The translations under genes were made by a program, and so were the position numbers. DNA of 64,000 nt from Candidatus Poribacteria bacterium (GTDB taxonomy: Bacteria; Poribacteria; WGA-4E; WGA-3G), in assembly GCA_965205015.1 (NCBI GenBank), contig OZ242029.1, positions 2,560,001 to 2,624,000 of the forward strand, given 5' to 3'. The notes below the pieces were generated by a model. It was not told the DNA's origin and ran no database searches. It saw only the letters and a list, made by a program, of their open reading frames with translations. Positions 58,273-64,000 of this stretch are shown here, piece after piece. How positions within the stretch are numbered: the stretch's first letter is position 1; each line of letters starts with the position of its first letter.

Positions 58273-59316
58273 ATGATTCGTGAAGCGATTCAGCAGGTTA
58301 TGGCAGGCGATGCCTTAACCGAAGCAGAGATGATGGATACCATGAACGAAATCATGGAAGGTAAGACGACGGACGCTCAGATCGCCTGTTTTCTTACCGC
58401 GCTGCGGCTTAAAGGCGAGACAATAGAGGAAATGACGGGGGCAACGCGTGCCATGCGCGCCAAAGCTACACCTGTTCCGACACGTCATACGCCTGATTTG
58501 CAGGCTACACCGAAGGTCCCACGACTTGTCGATACATGTAGCACGGGTGGCACAGGTTTAAACCATTTCAATATCTCAACAACTTCTGCCATTGTTACCG
58601 CCGGAGCGGGTGTGCCGGTCGCAAAGCACGGCAATCGAGGTGTAACGCGCCAGAGCGGTAGCGCGAATGTGCTTATGGCATTAGGTGTAAATATTGAAAT
58701 TGGTCCTGAACACGTCGGACGTTGCATTGACGAGGTCGGCATCGGTTTTCTATTCGCACCAACGCTGCACGGTGCGATGAAATACGCTATCGGACCGCGG
58801 CGAGAAATCGGGATTCGGACGATTTTTAATGCTATAGCCCCTCTGACCAATCCGGCGGGACCCCAGGCGCAAGTGATCGGTGTTTATGCGCCAGAACTGA
58901 CTGAGGCGCATGCGAACGCTCTGGATAACCTCGGATGTCAGCATGCATTTATCGTGCGCGGGAATGACGGTTTGGACGACATCACAACGACGACGACCTC
59001 ACGCGTTTCCGAACTCCGAAACGGCACTGTGGAAACCTATACGCTTGATCCGACGGCGCTCGGCATTCCGAGAGCGGAGCCTGAAGCACTTCTCGGGGGC
59101 GCGCCGGAGGAGAACGCTAAAATCGTAGTCAATCTCCTGAAGGGTGAGAAGGGACCCAAACGCGATATTGTCGTACTAAACGCTGGCGCAGCGATTACTG
59201 CGAGCGGGAAAGTGGATAGTCTTGATGCGGGTATTGAACTTGCCTCAGAATCCATTGACTCAGGGGCGGCACTCGCGAAGTTAGAAGGGTTAAAGGCCGT
59301 TTCAAATAATTTTTAA
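58273..59316 (+). CDS. trpD: Anthranilate phosphoribosyltransferase
   Basis: DTCSTGG, FNIST, VAKHGNR, RTIFN, GLDD. Confidence 0.95.
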   Translation: MIREAIQQVMAGDALTEAEMMDTMNEIMEGKTTDAQIACFLTALRLKGETIEEMTGATRAMRAKATPVPTRHTPDLQATPKVPRLVDTCSTGGTGLNHFNISTTSAIVTAGAGVPVAKHGNRGVTRQSGSANVLMALGVNIEIGPEHVGRCIDEVGIGFLFAPTLHGAMKYAIGPRREIGIRTIFNAIAPLTNPAGPQAQVIGVYAPELTEAHANALDNLGCQHAFIVRGNDGLDDITTTTTSRVSELRNGTVETYTLDPTALGIPRAEPEALLGGAPEENAKIVVNLLKGEKGPKRDIVVLNAGAAITASGKVDSLDAGIELASESIDSGAALAKLEGLKAVSNNF

Positions 59317-59332
59317 AGGTAAAAGTAAAAAA

Positions 59333-60109
59333 TTGATACTCGATACTATCATTGCCCATAAACAGAAGGAACTTGCAGCCGAACAGGCGCAGGTGCCGAT
59401 TGTTGAATTGGAAACTCAGATCGCGAATCTTCCACCAACGCAGGATTTTCGCGATGCCATTACAGAGAACGGGACGGTTAACCTTATTGCAGAAGTGAAG
59501 AAAAAGTCGCCCAGCAAAGGCATTATCCGTGAAGATTTCGATCCAGTCGCAATTGCCAAAACCTACGTCGAAAACGGTGCGGCTGCGATCTCTGTGTTAA
59601 CAGACAAACATTTTTTCGCAGGCGAACTTAACTATCTGCACGCAATTCGGGACATCGTTGATGTGCCGCTCCTCCGAAAAGACTTCACAATTGATCCGTA
59701 TCACATCTACCAAGCCCGCGTCGCCGGGGCAGATGCCGTCTTACTGATCGTGGCAGTGCTGACAGCGGAAGAATTACGGACGTTCATGGATGTTGCAGCG
59801 TCGTTGTCCCTGGCCTGTCTGGTGGAGGTACACACACGAGAAGAGTTGACGGTCGCGTTGGATGTGGATGCACAGATTATCGGTATCAATAACCGAGATT
59901 TGTGGACCTTTCACACTGATATTGCCACAACATTTCGATTGCGTGAAGCGATTCCAGCGGATAAGGTTGTGGTGAGCGAGAGTGGTATCTATTCGCGTGA
60001 AGACGTTATGCGGCTACAGGAGGCGGGTGTGCAGGCGATGCTTGTCGGTGAGTCATTGATGCGGAGCCCTGACATTGGCGAACAGGTCCGGCATCTTTTA
60101 AACGATTAA
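59333..60109 (+). CDS. trpC: Indole-3-glycerol phosphate synthase
   Basis: IAEVKKKSPSKG, ISVLTD, LRKDF, GINNRDL, SESGI. Confidence 0.96.
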   Translation: MILDTIIAHKQKELAAEQAQVPIVELETQIANLPPTQDFRDAITENGTVNLIAEVKKKSPSKGIIREDFDPVAIAKTYVENGAAAISVLTDKHFFAGELNYLHAIRDIVDVPLLRKDFTIDPYHIYQARVAGADAVLLIVAVLTAEELRTFMDVAASLSLACLVEVHTREELTVALDVDAQIIGINNRDLWTFHTDIATTFRLREAIPADKVVVSESGIYSREDVMRLQEAGVQAMLVGESLMRSPDIGEQVRHLLND

Positions 60110-60200
60110 AGTAAAGTCGAAAAATAAGTTGGCATTTTAGGAAGTAGCAGCACCGTCCCACGCCCCGCTGGCGAGGTTTGTAACCTCGCCTCAGTGTTCA
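60107..60200. mobile_element. Truncated IS630-type MITE
   Basis: TAAAGTAAAGTCGAAAAATAAGTTGGCAT vs IS630 end TATAGTGAAGTCGAAAAATAAGTTGACAT; GGCGAGGTT-tgt-AACCTCGCC hairpin. Confidence 0.65.
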
Positions 60201-60635
60201 CATGGAGGTAACGGTAATACCGTGTCGTTTCAGGAGGGCAGTGGTTACGCCGTCCCCAGGCGTGAGGGTCCCCGAAAAAGTGCCATCGTAAATGTCGTCA
60301 CAACCACAGGATGGACTCCTTGCTTTCAGAACCACGTGTGTCGCTTTGTTTGATTGCGCAACTTCCAAAGCGTGGTAGGCACCTTTCAAATAGGCTTCCG
60401 TTACGTCTGTCCCGTCCGCGGTCATAACCTTTGCTTTGCCATCTAAGACATCATCGCCATCGCCGCCAACAATCTCTGCAGGTGGACGCGGCGTTGGCAA
60501 CCCACCCGATTCTTCCGGACAGACAGGAATGAGTTCGTACTTCTGCCCTTGTTTTATTGCTGTTTCGTTTCGACTGTCCCCGCCGTCGTATCGGCAGGGG
60601 ACGCCAAGGAGACAGGCACTAATGACGACTTTCAT
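60198..60635 (-). CDS. DUF523 / 2-thiouracil desulfurase family protein
   Basis: SACLLG..CRYDG, PVCPE, LKARSPSCG. Confidence 0.88.
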   Translation of the reverse strand: MKVVISACLLGVPCRYDGGDSRNETAIKQGQKYELIPVCPEESGGLPTPRPPAEIVGGDGDDVLDGKAKVMTADGTDVTEAYLKGAYHALEVAQSNKATHVVLKARSPSCGCDDIYDGTFSGTLTPGDGVTTALLKRHGITVTSM

Positions 60636-61278
60636 GTTCTCGCAAAGCCTCAAACTGGTTCATGATTAAATCCGTCTCACCCGCCTTCAGTTGCAGGTAA
60701 CGCTTTTCCAATTGGCAGAGTATATCACATAACAGCGCGACACGGCAGATTTCAAAGTTTCGATTTTCCGAGAGCGGATGCGCCATACGCACGGAGGTCG
60801 CGGTTCCACGCAATTCAGGCGGAAAATCCTCCAAGACGTTATTGACATTCACACCGAAACCCAAAACAAAAAAAGGTTGATGTTCTTGGTCATAGGCGAG
60901 TTCTGTTAGGACGCCCGCAACCTTCTTCCTTTCGATCCTGACATCGTTAGGCACCTTAATCCGAGCGTCAAGTCCATGCGTTGTGCGAATTGCCGCTGCT
61001 ATTGCCATCGCACCGATGAGGTTGGGAAGTGTAACCTCATCGCGAAGGAGCCGATGTTTAAGAACGACGGACACAAGGAGACCTTTTCCCGACGGTGCCT
61101 CCCAGTGCCTACCGTATCTACCGCGTCCAGCGGTTTGGTGTTCTGCAATGATGAGTGTTCCTTCTGCTGCACAGGTCTTGCCACGAGCAAGGGCGATGTT
61201 GTTGGTAGAATCAACTTGTGAGTAGTGTTCAATCTGGCAGCCGATAAGTGAAGTGTGGATTGGCATTTTAAAAGTCAT
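60619..61278 (-). CDS. birA: Biotin-protein ligase (catalytic domain only)
   Basis: DSTN, QTAGRGRYGRHW, K.PND, KKVAGVL, GVNVN. Confidence 0.88.
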   Translation of the reverse strand: MTFKMPIHTSLIGCQIEHYSQVDSTNNIALARGKTCAAEGTLIIAEHQTAGRGRYGRHWEAPSGKGLLVSVVLKHRLLRDEVTLPNLIGAMAIAAAIRTTHGLDARIKVPNDVRIERKKVAGVLTELAYDQEHQPFFVLGFGVNVNNVLEDFPPELRGTATSVRMAHPLSENRNFEICRVALLCDILCQLEKRYLQLKAGETDLIMNQFEALREHESRH

Positions 61279-61363
61279 AAGAATTATAAGTTCTTGTCCA
61301 TTTGCAATTTACTTTCCAGCTATTCCTTGACCAGCATATTAACCAGTGGGACGATCACGTTGT

Positions 61364-62294
61364 TCATCTCTGATTCAGGAGTGCATCGATTCCTGACAAT
61401 ATCTTTTCCAAGGCATCAATAAGATAAGGTTCACCGCCCGGATCTGTATCCCTCACCAATGCTCTTAACCTTTTGAGTTCCGCGTTTATGGATTCTTCAT
61501 CCCTTTCTTCTTGGAAAATTTTAAAAAAGTTCAACCAATGTTCTGCTCTGATTCCACATAACAACTCTCTTTTTGCTATCTCCAAATAGCTATCCATTAT
61601 TCCCGTTCGTGCAAATCTTCCGAAGTTATTTCCATGATCGGATACAGGCTTATCAGAAATTTTATCGCTTTTTTGCGGATACGGAGAAACATTTTCCGCG
61701 ATCATGATTTCTACACTCGACTTTGTTTTCCGAATACATTCCCACCAGTAATTTCGATATTCTGACGCGTACTTTGCTAATTCCACATAAGGTGAAAATA
61801 TTTTGGGATAGCCTGAAATCACATTACTGAGTGCCCAAGGGATTACTACGATTAAGTCCTGTTTGGCACAAGCGGCGGGAGTTACTTGGAATCGAAAACT
61901 CGGTTCTCCTTCTTTTGCTAATAAATACCAACTCTTTAGTTCAATACCCAACAGGATTTCACTTTCATGTCCCACTGTTCCGCTTGCGTGTCTTCTCAGC
62001 AGAACGTCTGGAAATGTCTGCGGTTGTCTTGACAAACCTATAATACATAAACTGCTCATCGGGATCCCAAACTTCTCGCATCCGATTCAGAGTTGAAACG
62101 ACTTGGTCTTCAATAGTTGCCCCGAATGCAGCATTTAAGGTAAAGATATCAGTCGCTAATATTCCTTCTATAGAAGTATCTGACTGAAAATAGGTCGGAA
62201 GTGCAAAGAGTGCCTCACGGACACGTTCATACACTTTATACACGCCCTCTTTGCTCTGTGGTGGGTTTCTTTTAGGTTCGACTGGAATTGTCAT
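61364..62294 (-). pseudogene. Putative type II restriction endonuclease, frameshifted
   Basis: Two ORFs join as YRFV-RQPQTFPDVLL...GIELK if one T at 62029-30 is removed; PD..ExK motif; coupled to the MTase. Confidence 0.7.
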
Positions 62295-63318
62295 AAAATG
62301 TGAACTCCTGTAGAGGGTCGTAATTTGAGAGTCTTTCAACGGCTATTTTAAAATAATCGGGATGGATCTCGGCTGCGTAACATTTCCGCTTCAGTTGATG
62401 GGAAGCGATCGCTGCCGAGCAGAGACCCCCGAAAGGTTCCCATACGACATCCCCTATGTCACTACTCGATCGGATACATAAATTCATGAGTTTTAGGGGT
62501 TTTTGGTTGTTATGTAAACTTTTGGACCGCTTTTTTAATCGCTCGGTTCCGCGAACAGCCGGTTCCTGCCAAACGTTTGTAATGCCGTTCTCAAAGTAAA
62601 ACTTGGCTCTCATATTTGCCCATTCTTTGCCTGTAATGGGTGCTATACCATTTACAGAGAAATAGGGTTTTCCCTCCTCATTTCCGTGTCTGTTTGCATA
62701 CTCGGCAATCTTTTCAAACGCTTCAGGTGGAGGGTAGTACCAGAGGTGGTCTTTCGTGAAATACTTCCTCGTGGCAGCACTTTTCACCCCACAGACTTCA
62801 TTAGTTTTGGAAAATGGAAGTCCTGTCCGTTCCCATTCATACCGAAGCCACCTTTGCATATCCATTTTTGTACCGTTGACGTAGAACAAGGCTTTTTTTA
62901 TATACTGCACACACACTTCCGTCGTTACGGGGAATTTTCTAAGGGTTTTGCCATTTGAGTTACCCGCGATGTGCGCGATTCCCTTATTCCAGACATGACA
63001 ACTTCGGTACTCCCAACCATGTTTGGCTAACAGGGGATGCACGTTTGCCCACCCAAGCTCTGTATTCCAAAACCAAAGGGTTGTCATAGGCGTTGCGCGT
63101 TCCGACCACTTAACTATATGTGGCTCATAAGAATCGGCTAATTCCTCTGGGGTGGGTGGGTCACCCGGATAGCTCCCAATACCATACGGACCATCCGAGA
63201 CAATAACGATTGGAGATTCCCATTTATCATACCAGTTAAGGGCATCCCCTCTGTATAGAAATATCCCATCTCTCTCATGATATTCCACAATCAGTTCCTT
63301 TTTATCTAATCGTTTCAT
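62272..63318 (-). CDS. Beta-class N6A/N4C DNA methyltransferase
   Basis: VSDGPYG, H.NQKP, VWEPFGGLCS, AEIH. Confidence 0.88.
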   Translation of the reverse strand: MKRLDKKELIVEYHERDGIFLYRGDALNWYDKWESPIVIVSDGPYGIGSYPGDPPTPEELADSYEPHIVKWSERATPMTTLWFWNTELGWANVHPLLAKHGWEYRSCHVWNKGIAHIAGNSNGKTLRKFPVTTEVCVQYIKKALFYVNGTKMDMQRWLRYEWERTGLPFSKTNEVCGVKSAATRKYFTKDHLWYYPPPEAFEKIAEYANRHGNEEGKPYFSVNGIAPITGKEWANMRAKFYFENGITNVWQEPAVRGTERLKKRSKSLHNNQKPLKLMNLCIRSSSDIGDVVWEPFGGLCSAAIASHQLKRKCYAAEIHPDYFKIAVERLSNYDPLQEFTFYDNSSRT

Positions 63319-63416
63319 ATTTCGTTTTGATTGTTAATTGTTAGTATTCAGTTGCCCGTGGAAAAAAGATGAACTGCTAACTGACCACCGAAACTGATAG
63401 CTAAAGGCTAATAATG

Positions 63417-64000
63417 CTACTGGCTCAGATGCCGCTCCGCTTCAATCCGCCATTGTTCCGGTGGATTGAGTTCAAGGAAACGTTGCCATTGCATTCTTGC
63501 CTCTTCACGCTTTTCCCTGTATTCATACATGAGCGCGAGGTTGTAATTCGCAGTTAAGTTGCGGGGTTCGAGTTGTATCACCCGTTCAAACTGTTCCGTT
63601 GCTGCGCCGAGCAGGTCCATACTGAAAAGGTTGTTGGCATGATTGAGTAGTGTCGGGACATGTGTGTCGTCCAAAGCGAGTGCCTTTTCCAGGGTCTCTT
63701 TCGCAGCGTTGTAATCCAAAGCATGGGCATAGTAAAGATCGCCGAGGCGTTGATACGTTTTGATGGCAATAGCGTCGCCTTCTTCGACGGGTTGTTGAAT
63801 GAGTGCAGCCTCGGCTTCATAATGTTGAATCGCCTGTTTCCACGCCTGTTCCCATTCCGCAATCTGCCCCAGATACAAGTGGATACCCCTATATTTTGGC
63901 GCATAAGAGAGCATATTTTCAAAAACCTCTTTGGCGAGACGATGCCGATCGATTTCGAGATAAAGGACCCCGAGCTGGTAGTTCGCCTCGCTATTTCTCG
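63417..64000 (-). CDS. Tetratricopeptide-repeat protein (5' end outside window)
   Basis: Frame open to base 64000 (ANYQLGVLY...); TPR units such as ANYNLALMY. Confidence 0.85.
   Translation of the reverse strand, partial: RNSEANYQLGVLYLEIDRHRLAKEVFENMLSYAPKYRGIHLYLGQIAEWEQAWKQAIQHYEAEAALIQQPVEEGDAIAIKTYQRLGDLYYAHALDYNAAKETLEKALALDDTHVPTLLNHANNLFSMDLLGAATEQFERVIQLEPRNLTANYNLALMYEYREKREEARMQWQRFLELNPPEQWRIEAERHLSQ

Overview
Bacterial chromosomal window. The gene mix (PhyH dioxygenases, Uma2 nucleases, sulfatase, many Gfo/Idh/MocA genes, TonB receptors, dense REP/MITE repeats) resembles Candidatus Poribacteria; this is an inference only. Most of the window is housekeeping or catabolic: TonB uptake cluster, lipoate ligase, argG, MoxR/VWA, a variant cytochrome c maturation cluster interrupted by korAB, eno, ftsB, a multiheme cytochrome, trpDC and birA. 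The standout is a defence island at about 12.6-27.1 kb. A type III restriction-modification locus carries two mod paralogues with closely similar N/C termini but unrelated target-recognition domains, and only one res. Between the mod copies lie three Cap12/Pycsar-type TIR-domain genes with no cyclase or recognisable sensor. mod1 and the third TIR gene are each preceded by the same ~10-bp-phased AT-rich repeat array. The island also holds RAYT/REP relics, IS630-type MITEs, an orphan hicB, and a PIN toxin gene split by an IS630 and an intact IS607 (tnpA+tnpB); removing both elements restores its reading frame. A type II RM pair with a 1-nt frameshifted endonuclease lies near the right end. No rRNA, tRNA or CRISPR array was recognised.
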